A stretch of 64,000 nt of DNA, taken from assembly GCF_000143415.4 (NCBI RefSeq), contig NW_003314273.1, forward strand, positions 940,074 to 1,004,073, in the 5' to 3' direction. The position numbers and the translations under genes were made by a program. The notes beneath the pieces were generated by a model. The model did not search any database and had not been told where the DNA came from. It saw only the letters and a list, made by a program, of their open reading frames with translations. Of the stretch, positions 34,887-46,267 are shown piece by piece; position 1 is the stretch's first letter, and each line of letters opens with the position of its first letter. Origin of the DNA: Selaginella moellendorffii. Its lineage: Eukaryota; Plantae; Lycopodiophyta.

Positions 34887-36090
34887 TGTGACAGGCTGAA
34901 CACAAGGATTGTGTAAGCCACAAATTTTTCCTTTCCAATTTGCCAGCTTACTTCGTCTATCCGTCCAACATTGCCTTGGCTTTTGCTAAGTTCCCTTGCC
35001 AAGGTTCTCGCCTATGGTACCAGCTCCTACTTGGTCTCAGCTACTCACTGCACGAGCAACGGAGTGTTAGCCATCCATCCACGGATTCCCAAATCACTCC
35101 CAATCCCCCTCCTCGGGTTAGACTGGACTTAAGGTTCGGCTACACTCCCCGCAAGCACAAGCAGCCAAGCACACCAAGCTTCCAAGTTCCTAATATCCCT
35201 TGGTACCACAAGACTTGATCATGGGACCCTCTAAATCCCAAGTCTTGAGTGCAACACTTGCTTCGGGACGCCGGGGCGAAACACCGTGGCCTAGCGGCCC
35301 GGTATGGGTACCTCTACCCCCCCACTTCCATCCCGAAGGAAGGCCCAAGCCCCTAGACAGGGCGAGGACCAATGAGCCGCATGGTACTCAAGTGGGGCAC
35401 CACTCCACATGAGCCGAGAGCACCGCAATCGGTTTCCCTTTCGGGAGTGGGAGCTGCTCTTGAGCACTTCCTTGGATGGCCCCTCCGGCACCAAACAAGT
35501 CCATGCTCACTCCCACCTAAGGCCCCTCGGTCCCAGTCTCAACCTCAAGTTGGTTTGGAAGCCCCATTGGAGAGTCCCTTCAAAACTAGTTCCTGGACCT
35601 CACTATCCCTACTATACTTTTGGAACCCCCTGCAGCCCCCCCCCCCCCTGGGAGACGCACGCTTTGGGCTTTCACCCCTTGACCCGTATTAGTATTTGGA
35701 CTTAGTCTCTAGCTCGATCTCGGACCCGATTTCGGATTCGATCTCGGACTTGATCTCAGACTCGATCTCGGACCCGATCTCGGACCCGACCTCGGACTCG
35801 ACCTCAGACTCGGTCTCGGACCCGATTTCGGATCTCGGACTCTGTCTCGAACTCGGTCTCGAACTCGAACTCGAACTCGGTCCCCGAGTCGGTTTCGGAC
35901 TCGATTCCGGACTCTATCTCGAACTCAGTCCTAGAGTCGGTCTTGGACTCGATCTTCGACTTGGTCCCATCCAATGCACTCTTTGTCATTTTGGTCATGC
36001 TTTCGGGGTTCCTTTAGCCTACGACACCTCGGCGAGTTGGTTCCTTACAGATTGGCACTAAGAGTAGGAGGAACTATACCACATGCTGTG
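34887..36090 (-). mobile_element. Family-B-related GC-rich LTR sequence nested in the family A element
   Basis: 35600-35650 (CACTATCCCTACTATACTTTTGGAACCCCCTGCAGCCCCCC) is the reverse complement of 49745-49792. It interrupts the host gag region; the right end is lost in the gap. Confidence 0.65.
35711..35960. repeat. 12-bp/6-bp minisatellite (CTCGATCTCGGA / CTCGAA units)
   Basis: tcgatctcggac ccgatttcggat tcgatctcggac ... grading into ctcgaa repeats. Confidence 0.9.
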
Positions 36091-36190
36091 NNNNNNNNNN
36101 NNNNNNNNNNNNNNNNNNNNNNNNNNNNNNNNNNNNNNNNNNNNNNNNNNNNNNNNNNNNNNNNNNNNNNNNNNNNNNNNNNNNNNNNNN
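36091..36190. other. Assembly gap (N)
   Basis: run of N. Confidence 1.
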
Positions 36191-37599
36191 ATTGTAATCA
36201 CATAGCATCAAGCAATTGCACCAACTGCTGCTCCAGAGTCAAAAGAGGAGGAGACTACTACTCTGCCATGAAGATGAATGAAAAGGAAAGAGAAAAAAAA
36301 GAAAAATGAGAAAAAAAAACTAAAAGGAAAAAGATATTTAAACAATGAAAAAAGCTAAATCTAAATAAAATCCTAAAAGGAAAGAACAAAAGAAAGGAAA
36401 TGGAAAAAACTAAATTTAAATGATGCAAAAACTAAATTTAAACTAAAATCCCAAATCCAAGCACTTTTCAGGAACAATAAAAGGTGCCCCTCATTTCCAC
36501 CAATGTGAGTATATGAAATATGGAAAGGGAATACAAAAAATATGTATATCAATTAGCCCAGAAACCCTAGTTTAGATACAAGAGCAAGTGGTCCAAATTG
36601 AAACCAATTCAATAGTTACTAAAATCTTATTACACTAATATTAGTATATGGCATTATAGCTGTACACTTGCACTTTATAGTATGAATTGTTTAATAAAAG
36701 AAATAGATTACTATATTTAAAAGTTTAAAGAATTTAATATTAATGAATCAGACTAGATTTTTAAGATGGAAAAGTATAATTATTAAAATATTAACTTCTT
36801 CACAGCAAAAAAATATTCATAAAAATTAAATAATAAAAATATTTATGTATTTTTTATTTTTTAATCATAGAAATACCCCTAAAACACTGTTAAAAGTAAT
36901 ATATATTCAACAAAATACTATAAAATTAATAGTTATTTTCTTTAAAATATAGCAAAATAAAACTTCTTTTATATTAATATCTTTTTTATTTAAAGAATGT
37001 TTCAATATCGTGTTTTTGTTTTCTATCTTATAGCTGATTGTGCATATAACAAAAAAAAAACTTGAAGAGTTTAAAAAGATAGATTTTTCATATAGTAAAG
37101 ATTATTAATATCCTTTTGAGAATATTTATTTAAATTCAGGTTTATAATAATTAAATAAAACTTATATAATTGATTTATTATTGCCTTTTTTATACTATTT
37201 AGATTTGTCACTTGTATTTACAAATTTACAAATTATTTTTCACTAGAGTGATATAATATAGTAGTAATTGTTTTTATTACATTCTGATAATATATGTTTT
37301 ATATTTCTATTATTGAAACTTAATTATATTTGTAGAATACACTTTATATTAGAATATTTTAATAATTATAATTCATTTGTTCAATAGTGTTTCCACAACT
37401 CAAGGATCTTCCACTTTGTTCCGCTTGAAATTGACCTCGGAATGAAAGTAGTCTAGAAGTAAAATAGTTTTTTTTAATATCTCAGGTGATTGTGATTTAT
37501 TATTTTACAAATATTCAAATAGTTGGAAATGCTCACTACTATTGAGGGTAAACAGTATATCATCATCATCATAGATGATGATAAGGATGTCTTCTATAG

Positions 37600-39807
37600 A
37601 TGGTTGCAGGGGCAATAAGAGCTCGGGCTCTTGAACATTACCTGATTCAGGCTCTCGGCAAGCTTTTCACTGAGTACAACGGACTGGCACCAAGAACTTG
37701 CAAGAAAGCTAGTCACATTCCTTTGATCCCAATCCATTCACAGACTAATATTTTTCAGGTAATCAACACTGGAAAGACTCCTTTTGACACCATGAACTTA
37801 GCTTGCACGCTCGATGAGCGAGCAGCGTCGTGGCAGGAACAAAACGAGCTTGCAGCTCTCGTCCGATCTTGCAGAGACTTTTCACAGGGACTAGAGCTCC
37901 ACTCCCGGATCCGCCACAGCAAGCATCGTGATAACACTTTTCTTGCCAATCTCCTCGTCCAAATGTATGGGACGTGTGGGAGATTGTCCGAAGCTCGCCT
38001 AGTTTTCGATCAGATCAAGCAGCCCAATCAATTCTCTCGCGACATCCTCCTCTCGGCATACGCGCAGAATGGCGACATCCAGTCCGCTCGCCAGATCTTC
38101 GATTCGATGCAAGGAAAGAGCGTGATTTCGTGGAACTCGATGATCACGGCGTATGCCCAGCACGGCCAAACCGCCGACGCGAGAAAGCTCTTCGATTCTA
38201 TGCCCATCAAGAATGTGGTGTCCTGGACGACGATGATCACTGGATTGGGGAAGAGCGGCGCGTTGCGAGAGGCGCGAGAGGTCTTCCAATCGATGCCTCG
38301 GAAGAATGCCGTGACATGGAACGCGATGATCCAGGCCTATGCCCAAAACGGGTATTGGGATCAAGCCAAAGAGATTTTCGATGCCATGCCGGAGAAGAAT
38401 TCCATTGCCGCCTGGAATTTCATGCTCCAGCAAACGCTTCAAACCGGTAATCCAGAAGAAGCGAGGGCTCTGTTCTTGCATAGCATGAAATTCCGGTCTC
38501 TCGCCACGTGGACGGTGATGATCGATGGATATACAAGGAATGGGCATCTGACGGCCGCGATGGATCTCTTCTGGCACGGGATTCCGGAATGGAATGTCGT
38601 CTCTTGGAGCGCGGTTGTTCATGCTCTAGCACAAGCAGGGTTTGTGGCCGACGCGCGGAGGGTCTTCGACTTGGTGATGGCGGAGCACAATGCCATAGCA
38701 TGGACGATTTTGATCCAGGCGTATGCTCAAGCCGGCAATCTGGCACTTGCGAGGGAGCTCTTCGACTTAATGCCGGCGAGGGACACAGCAGCATGGAATT
38801 CGATGCTCCAAGGGTACGTTCTCCATCACAGGATCGAAGAAGCAGTGGCATTCTTCCGGTATTTGATGCCCGATCACGACGAGGCCTCCTACACCATGAT
38901 GATCACTGCGTATGCCCAGACCGGGCAAATCCACAAGGCCAGGGATATCTTCAGCACAATGCCAAAGCGAAGCATCGTTGCTTGGAATGCCATGCTGGGA
39001 GCTTGCTCGGAGATGGGGCTCTTGAAGGAATCGAGGGAGCTGTTTGAGAGAATGGCTCGACACAGCTTGGTTTCGTGGGGCTGCCTTCTAGCGGCGTATG
39101 CTCACAGGGGAAATCTCGAGCAAGCCAAGGAGATCTTCGACGCAGTGCCCGAGCATAATCTAGCCAGCTCCAACTCAATGCTTCAAGCTTTCATCCTCGC
39201 CTCGAGAAAGGAGGAAGCACGAGAGATGTTTGAAGGGATGATCCAGCGCGACGTTCTCTCTTGGACGATTTTACTGGGAGCTTGTGGATACTCATGGAAG
39301 TTCTTTCTGCGCATGCCGGAGCTCGATGTGGTGGCCTGGAACTCGATGCTCGTGGCACTTGCCGCGCACGGAGAATCCAGAGACGCGATTGAGCTCTTTG
39401 GAGTGATGCAAATCGAAGGAACGATCCCGGATGAAGTAAGCTTCATGGGAGCGCTAGCAGCTTGCTCGCATTTGGGCTTGCTCGCCCAGGGATGGAGATA
39501 CTTCGTCTCGATTACCGAGAGCTACACGATGCTTCCGACGAGCAGGCACTATTGCTTCATGATAGACATGCTGGGGAAATCGGGACGAGCAGAAGAAGCT
39601 CACGAACTTCTCGAGACGATGCCGTTTGTCCCGGATGCCGTTGCTTGGGGATGCTTGCTCCAGCACCTGAGATCAAGATCTCACCACCATCTAGCAGTTA
39701 GCGCTGCTCGACGTGTTCTTGGGCTCTCTTCATCAGCTGATCGCTACGTCTCGATCTATAACTTGGTTCAGTCTAGTCGATCATCTTGTCACGACTACGC
39801 GACGTAG
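37600..39807 (+). CDS. PLS-class pentatricopeptide repeat protein with E domain (no DYW); true start possibly M at 37792
   Basis: Intronless 735-aa ORF; repeated SWNSMITAYAQHG...ARKLFDSMP motifs; C-terminal PDEVSFMGALAACSHLG, HYCFMIDMLGKSG, MPFVPDAVAWGCLL. Confidence 0.93.
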   Translation: MVAGAIRARALEHYLIQALGKLFTEYNGLAPRTCKKASHIPLIPIHSQTNIFQVINTGKTPFDTMNLACTLDERAASWQEQNELAALVRSCRDFSQGLELHSRIRHSKHRDNTFLANLLVQMYGTCGRLSEARLVFDQIKQPNQFSRDILLSAYAQNGDIQSARQIFDSMQGKSVISWNSMITAYAQHGQTADARKLFDSMPIKNVVSWTTMITGLGKSGALREAREVFQSMPRKNAVTWNAMIQAYAQNGYWDQAKEIFDAMPEKNSIAAWNFMLQQTLQTGNPEEARALFLHSMKFRSLATWTVMIDGYTRNGHLTAAMDLFWHGIPEWNVVSWSAVVHALAQAGFVADARRVFDLVMAEHNAIAWTILIQAYAQAGNLALARELFDLMPARDTAAWNSMLQGYVLHHRIEEAVAFFRYLMPDHDEASYTMMITAYAQTGQIHKARDIFSTMPKRSIVAWNAMLGACSEMGLLKESRELFERMARHSLVSWGCLLAAYAHRGNLEQAKEIFDAVPEHNLASSNSMLQAFILASRKEEAREMFEGMIQRDVLSWTILLGACGYSWKFFLRMPELDVVAWNSMLVALAAHGESRDAIELFGVMQIEGTIPDEVSFMGALAACSHLGLLAQGWRYFVSITESYTMLPTSRHYCFMIDMLGKSGRAEEAHELLETMPFVPDAVAWGCLLQHLRSRSHHHLAVSAARRVLGLSSSADRYVSIYNLVQSSRSSCHDYAT

Positions 39808-39829
39808 GTGCTGGAGAGGAGAGCATACG

Positions 39830-40690
39830 GTGACGAGATGGTGCTGTCGAGCTGCGAGCAGCGCCTGTTGCTCGTTGTGGATCTTCTTGGAGCCGACAGG
39901 GAGCGAGAAACGCGATCTGGGACTTTAAGGCATGCTGGAGATGAGATCCTCGACCTTGGCTAGCTAACCGCAGTAGTGCGCTCCCAGTGCTTGGACTTGA
40001 TGATCGTCGACCATGTTTCGAAAATAATTCCACTGGATAGAATGCGCGAGAAGAACCTCGTCGCTCTGGACGTGATCCTCCAGGGCTCGTTCACGACGAT
40101 GATGTTTGATCCCGACCATTCAGCGTTTGTGAGCGTTCTCTTGCGGCCAGCTCGGGCTGTTCGCTCGCGGCTCCAAGATCTCCGGAAGCAACGTAGGCTG
40201 AGATCATCAAGAGATCATCAAACTGTGCTTGCTCATACCAGAGTGGAAGGACGATACGGCGGATTGAGCTTAGATGGATCATTGTCGCCATTGGCCATTT
40301 CCCAGCTTGGCATTCGTTGGCAGCGTCCTCTAGATTCCCCGCGTTGATCCAGCCGTCGATGAACGCGTTCCACGAGATGACGTTGCGTTCCGGAATAGCA
40401 TCGAACAGCGCTCGTTGCCTCGGCCATGTGGCGTATCCAGCGATCATGGCCGTCCATGACACCACCACATTCCATTCCGCCGACGGTCATGATCGTCCAA
40501 GAGATCTCGTTTCGCTCCAGCATGGTGTAGACATGAAACATACAATTCCCACAATGTCGTATTCTTTCATAATTCCTGGAGATGCCCTCTCCGCGGATCA
40601 TTCTAGTAGGCATCGAGTCAAAGAATAGCTTTGCTGTCAGAAAATGCCCATATTGGGCATATGCCGTAAGGAGTCCTTGAAACTCCATTG
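39830..40690 (-). pseudogene. Fragmented PPR pseudogene, convergent with the PPR gene
   Basis: Broken motifs LLTAYAQYGHFLTAKLFFDSMP, VVSWTAMIAGYA, ALFDAIPERNVISWNA across shifting frames. Confidence 0.8.
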
Positions 40691-41817
40691 TTGTCTGGCA
40701 TTGCTCTCGCCTTTTTAATATCTCTCACCTGATTGTATTCCTCTTCAAATTGCCAAATTCGCGAGATTTATGTTCCAATTCGGCGGAGTAGCGAGCAGCT
40801 ATCTCTTTTCCCGGTTTTGCTGACTCTTCCTCGATGTTTCGCTGCGCAACGACCAACCATCATTTCACTGAATTGTCCAGTGAAATAATCCATAAAACCT
40901 AGGTCGTGGACGCACACTTGTACGAATGAGGAGGGCAATGGATTGAATCCAATGAGTAGATCGGAGCTCTTCGTTGCAGTTGCAACGATCAAGACGCCGC
41001 TGCCAGAGATGAACAAGACCGAAGCAGCCACTTGATGGCAAGCGACAGTCAATGGCGCCGCAGAATCCTTAGCGATGACAACAAGAGCGGCCTTAGATTT
41101 CCTTCTTCGTTTTTTGGTTTCCAGCTCCAAGAAGCGACGGCATTCGAGCACAAATTTGGAGGGTGATTTTCAACATCAAGATCATGATTCCACCGAGTTG
41201 AAAACTCGTCACGTAGGTCTCACTCTCCACGCTTTCTTCTCTTGGTTGATGATTCGTTTCTATAGATCCAAGAAAAGTTGTCGTCGAGAGGGCAAATCTT
41301 GGAGAGGTTAGTCCTGGGTTCTTTCGAGCGATGTAGCATAAATGCTAGCTATGCTGATCATCACTTGATAGAGGACGAGGTGCTTCCATTTCCAGGAGAA
41401 TCTTTAGGGTCATCGGTTGGCCGTGAGTAACATAGAGAGCACCCACTCTCTCAAAGTTTTGGTTTTAAGAGCCATCCTTGAGGTGAGGTGAGGTGTCACA
41501 GGAAACTGCTTAGAGGGTTTTGACATGTGTGTATGCAGCTGAGCGATTATCCCAGCCAGTCCTAGTGCAGGTATTTGTTCCATAGATTGTTTATTGTATG
41601 AAAGGTTGCGATCTTGGTGATGCAAGCTTATTAGTTTGGCAAGTTGTTTGCATTTTTGAAGTACACATTTGGTCAAATTTTGGGCTGTCTTTGGTGTTTT
41701 TCTAGTCGTTTCAAGGTAAGGTATCGTTTCCTTTTGCCATGGAGCAGGAAGCGAATTGGTAATGCAAAGTGCCGGATAATTTTGGTCTCTAGTGATGGTC
41801 GTATCATCTGGATATTT

Positions 41818-42360
41818 CAGGCTAGAAGAGCGCTGCGAGTTCTCAAGGCTGTAGTCAGGTTACAAGCTCCATCTTGTTCGTAAACAAGCTGCCCTTACAA
41901 TGCAAGCACTTGTTACAGTTGCTCGTACACATCGTGCCTCCGACAAAGGCCTGCCGGCCCAACAGCACCATATCAGCAAGATGTCCGTCCTTTTCATCGT
42001 GTCCCAAAGCTTTTAGGAGGGATGGGATGCCTCGGCTAGAAGCATGGAGTGCAAGTTCGAGCAAAACCAAACTGAAGTAAGCTTTGTCTCTTGTGACACA
42101 GTAAATTCTTTTGTAGAGTGGCAACAATCTTGGCTGTGAGTCGGAAACTAGCCCCTGAGAATGGAGCTGGCTGGATCAGCACCGCAAGAAGAGCAACCAG
42201 TTCTTTGAAGCGAGCTTTGACAGGTTTAGCAATGACGTGCACGAGAAGATCTACTCGGCTTTTGGTGGCGTTCCTCTCGACTGAGCATGACGGGCTCCAA
42301 GACCACGAAGAGCAACCCTTTTATCAGGAGCGCAATATAAAGAGGCCTTGTAAATGAGTT
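41818..42360 (+). pseudogene. Inverted, deletion-riddled DNA copy of the IQD gene (exon 3 onward)
   Basis: CAG|GCTAGAAGAGCGCTGCGAG.TCTCAAGGCTGT matches the reverse complement of 801-770. It retains remnants of the ~349-400 intron. 42210-42229 matches the reverse complement of 1-20. Confidence 0.9.
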
Positions 42361-43140
42361 TCGGGTTCGACTGGCCACAGTGAATGTCACCCTGGTTTGA
42401 TCTTTAACCAGTTCTTTGTAGAGGAATCATCTGAATCGTGGGACTTGTTCTTCTTTTCCCCTTTGGTGATTGTCTATTCTTCTTGGGCTGTTCTTCTCTC
42501 CAAGTCAGGACTGCTTCTTTTCTCCATGCGAGCGACACAACGCGGGCGCTACCTCCAGCTCTCCTTCACAATATCATCGCGCGTTTCTTCTGGTCTCGCT
42601 CCAGCGCTCCCCTCTTCTTCTTGGGCTTAATCTTCCTCGATGCACCAGCAGAAGCACATCCCTCCCGTCTTCCTCCAAATATCTCTCGCCCAGATAAGGA
42701 TGAACACACCGCCTTGAGAGCTCTGGAGAATATGCTATGCCAGCATATTCGTATCACTCACTTATCCCGCGCATTTGGCCCGACGGGTTTCGGGTTTTTC
42801 GCTTACAATCTTAAGTTCGAAGATGGGAGGGCGAGAGGCGACGTGAGCCAAGATTTCTTCTTTTTCCTTTTTCTTTGAAGATGGATCAGATGGCGTGAAA
42901 TTTCCTTCAGCTGCCAGAAGGCGTGACACCTCCTTTTCCTTTTTATCCAGAGAACGCTCGACTAGGAGGAGGAGCCGCCAGCAGACGTTACACTTCGGTG
43001 AGCCAAATTCAGTTTTTCTAACCTTTTCTTTTTCATTTCTCAGAGAAGGCTTGACTACGAGAGCGACTCTTCAAGGGACTCTTTCCTCTGTTTTAGATCT
43101 AGCCTCTTTGTTTTGGGGACCAAACTAGACGGTAGATTCA

Positions 43141-43806
43141 ATGGACGAGAGGGGGGAGGCTCCAAAAGAGGCCGTCACACCACCACGGTAAGCCGAATTT
43201 CTTTCTTTCAAATCTAGCCTTGCTTTTATTTCTCAGAACCTGCGGAAAGAGACGGTCGATCCAGATTCAGCCGGGTGAGAGACGGATCACAAGGAGTCAG
43301 CCGGAAGCCATGCTACTTCGTAAGTTTGATTTTGATGATTCCCTTACTTTTTCCCTCACTCTTTTCACTCTTTTTGTAGCTGGGCTGGTGGAAGTTAAAA
43401 CTACTTATCCTTACACGGTAGTGAAGCGGATGGACAGAGATTATGGAAAATATCCGGTGGAGCGTTTCTGGTACAAACGTTCTGTAAGTCAAACTCTTAA
43501 ATTTTTGTGATTACTTGATTCTTTTTATCTTCGAGGGTGCTCGTCTTTACGTTCCTCGACATGAAGACATACCTGTGGAATTAAAGTTCCCAGCATACCT
43601 CTCCGATGAACAACGGGCTGCCGCACACAAGAAACACGAGGAGAAAATGAAGAATCGGAAGTATCTTTTAATGCCAGATGAGGAGCGACCATCGATGTAT
43701 AGGAGACCGAGTTGGGAAGTAAGCTTTCTGTTTCTTCTTCTTAGTTGCTGAATGTATTTATTTTTTGTAGGGAGGAGACATCAGAGGCGATTCCAGAGGC
43801 AATTAA
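43141..43806 (+). CDS. Unknown ~150-aa protein, 5 coding exons (lineage-specific orphan?)
   Basis: Four GT-AG introns join in frame: MDERGEAPKEAVTPPR|TCGKRRSIQIQPGERRITRSQPEAMLLP|GLVEVKTTYPYTVVKRMDRDYGKYPVERFWYKRS|GARLYVPRHEDIPVELKFPAYLSDEQR...RRPSWE|GGDIRGDSRGN*. Confidence 0.6.
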
Positions 43807-44406
43807 CTATGATCTCATCTAGATCCGGAAGAGTTCGATGGGCCAAGTAAGGATTTTTCTATTGTATGTATTTGTTGATTTGATGCAGGCAGTTAAAAGA
43901 CGGTTAGAATTTAATTTTGCATCTCAAGAAACATAATTTATCTTTTTTGCCTTCTTGTTACCGAAAAAATCTTCATACACAAATTCAATTCCCACCCAAT
44001 GAATAGAATGATCAGGAATCTTGTACTGTTAGCTTGGCAAGATTTCATGTTATTTTCTTTAAAAGTTTAAGGTTTCTTGTTTACATAGAATAAAATATTT
44101 AAAAGTATTACAAACAATATTAACAAGAAAGGAAAAAATAAAAATATATACTACTGTAAAAGTTTTTTACAACTATTATTTGTTACAAAGATTAAATCCT
44201 TTAACATGTCTCGCCAGGATCAAGAGGGCGATGGAGGAGCGCGGGATCAAAAGCTCGATCCAGATCCACGACGCGGCAATCCGCGGGTACCAGCCATCCT
44301 GGAAGACAAGGAGAAAACAGCGAGAAGCTGGTTGGATTGATCGCTTTGCGGCCCAAAGAAACTTCTATAAAAAGGAAGAACATAGGAAAAAAATTAGGGT
44401 TCTTCA

Positions 44407-45180
44407 ATGTGGGAGGCAGTGAGCCACAAGGGGCAGAGGCCATACCAGGAGGACAGGTGCCTGGCGATACCTGGAAAGGTAGGAATCTTCGCAATCTTCG
44501 ACGGCCATCGCGGATCACAGGCAAGTGACTTCGCGGCCGCTTGGTTCTACCAAAGATTTCACCACCATCTCCGCTTGCAGGGGAGCGGCGATTCGATCGA
44601 AACGCTGCTCACGGGCGCGCTATCCGCCGCGATCGCGGACATCGAGGCAGAGCTCCTCAATGAATCGGAGAGGGGTGGATTCGTGGCCGGATCGACAGCG
44701 TGCATCGCAGCGATCAGTGGCGAGACCGTGGTCGTGATGAATCTGGGCGATTCTCGAGCGATAATCTGTGGCGTGGAGGCAGGAGATTGCGTACGGCTGA
44801 CCCGGGATCATCAGCCGTACTGGGAGGACGAGAGGAAGAGGATCGAGGCGGCGGGTGGAGTCATCCACAGCAATGGGAGGCTGTTTGGGGAATTCGAGGT
44901 GTCCAGGGCGATTGGCGATCGGGATCTCAAGAAGTTTGGGATGAGCGCGGTGCCGGAGTTCACGGTCTATCATCTCCAGAGGCAGAGGCCATCGCCACTC
45001 TATCTCTTGGTTGGATCGGATGGGGTTTTCGAAAAGTTGAGGTTCCAGGGCGTTTGCGAGACCGTTATAGAACTGCTCAGGAATGGAGAGGAAAGTGGAA
45101 TTGCTTCCAGAGTGATTACTAAGGCACTCGTGGCTGGAACGAGTGATAATCTCACGCTTGTCGTCGCAAAGCTGGTGTGA
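44407..45180 (+). CDS. Protein phosphatase 2C (PPM family), intronless catalytic domain
   Basis: GQRPYQEDR, AIFDGHRG, GSTAC, NLGDSRA, LTRDH, VSRAIGD, GSDGVF, GTSDNLT; all metal-binding Asp residues present. Confidence 0.92.
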   Translation: MWEAVSHKGQRPYQEDRCLAIPGKVGIFAIFDGHRGSQASDFAAAWFYQRFHHHLRLQGSGDSIETLLTGALSAAIADIEAELLNESERGGFVAGSTACIAAISGETVVVMNLGDSRAIICGVEAGDCVRLTRDHQPYWEDERKRIEAAGGVIHSNGRLFGEFEVSRAIGDRDLKKFGMSAVPEFTVYHLQRQRPSPLYLLVGSDGVFEKLRFQGVCETVIELLRNGEESGIASRVITKALVAGTSDNLTLVVAKLV

Positions 45181-45499
45181 TTCTTCGATCGATCAACTTG
45201 GCGATGAGGAGTTATAGGAAATCGTTGGCACGAAGTTGACAGTGCTTTGGACAAAGGTTATAATGAAGGATGAAGTTCCAGGGAAAAGATCACGCTGACA
45301 GAAGTTCCAGGGAAAAGATCAGGAACAATGCCGAGTGCTTTGGACACTGTCAATATTCCAAATGTGATAATGAAGTTGCCGGAGAAAAAGATCAAAGAAC
45401 AAACGTTTTCGAAAGACTGGGAATTTTTCAAACGAAAATATAAAAGAAAATGGTTTAAAGAAATAATTTGTCGAATCAAAGAATAATTCACTTTCAAGA

Positions 45500-45910
45500 A
45501 CCCGAAGTGTTTGGTACTACGGTCAAAGAAAGATTCCAGGAGGGCGGCATTTCTTCTCTCATACAAACTTCGATTCCGCTCCCATTCGTGGGAGAAACCC
45601 TCCATCTCTTGTATGAAAGCAAACAGGCCATGGGAGTTTTGGATGGATCGGAAGTTCGTGCTTACTTCTTGTGAAGAAGGCTTAATGTTCTCAGTGGTGT
45701 TTAACTTGTTCTTGAGCATTCAAGACGAGGAGGAGGAAAAACAGCTCTTGGCTCCATTTGAGGAGTTTTTACACAGCTACGAATCAACTTTCCGGGGAGT
45801 AAGTTTTGGCGGGCAAAGATTGCGAGTCACAAGATCTTTGAGAAGCTGGACAAGTATATCAGCAGTGGGAGGCATGTGGAGAGCGATCAAGCAGATACCG
45901 TGGAGGGCTG
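45500..45910 (+). pseudogene. Cytochrome P450 (CYP85-clan/CYP716-like) fragment
   Basis: PLPFVGETLHLL hinge motif, then a frameshift to ANRPWEFWMDRK and FNLFLSIQDEEEEKQLLAPFEEFL; no heme motif seen. Confidence 0.55.
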
Positions 45911-46267
45911 CTAGTTCATACCATATAAATGACATTTTTTTTTCTCCAAGCCATCAATAAAGAACTGTTTGATTTGAGGTAATATTATGCATGATTATGT
46001 CAGACATTTGATATTGCATACAATTGAATTAATCTATATTAGTATGAATTTTCTCTTGTAAGAAATCTTGGATTTTTATTTCAAGAAGTTGCTGGTCAAA
46101 TAATGTAGAAGTTAGCAATCCAAAATCACAACTAAATTTATTATGTAATTGGAATTTTGAGTTGATATGAAGTAAAGTAAGATCCAAGTAGTTAATATGG
46201 TTTACAGCAAAATCCTCAAATATCTTAACTTTAAATTTTTTCATAAAGATAAAGGATATTTTGGTGA

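Larger units (their letters stand above)
30994..36679 (-). mobile_element. Ty3/gypsy family A element with short LTRs (30994-31169, 36504-36679), tRNA-Ala-type PBS, 4-bp TSD GTAT
   Basis: Paired ~175-bp LTRs; PBS TGGTGGAAATGAGGGG; PPT GCAGGGGATGA; decayed RT (FCINYRILN, WFTKLNLASGY), RNase H and integrase; GTAT at 30990-30993 and 36680-36683. Confidence 0.9.

Noticed and set aside
35696-36061. SISDPISD repeat protein ORF
   Set aside because: Translation of a minisatellite within LTR sequence.
40768-41151. 127-aa ORF
   Set aside because: No recognisable motif or start context; lies among pseudogene debris.
42397-42880. Several short ORFs / charged minus-strand frame
   Set aside because: Interrupted by stops and no family assignable; probably another decayed fragment.
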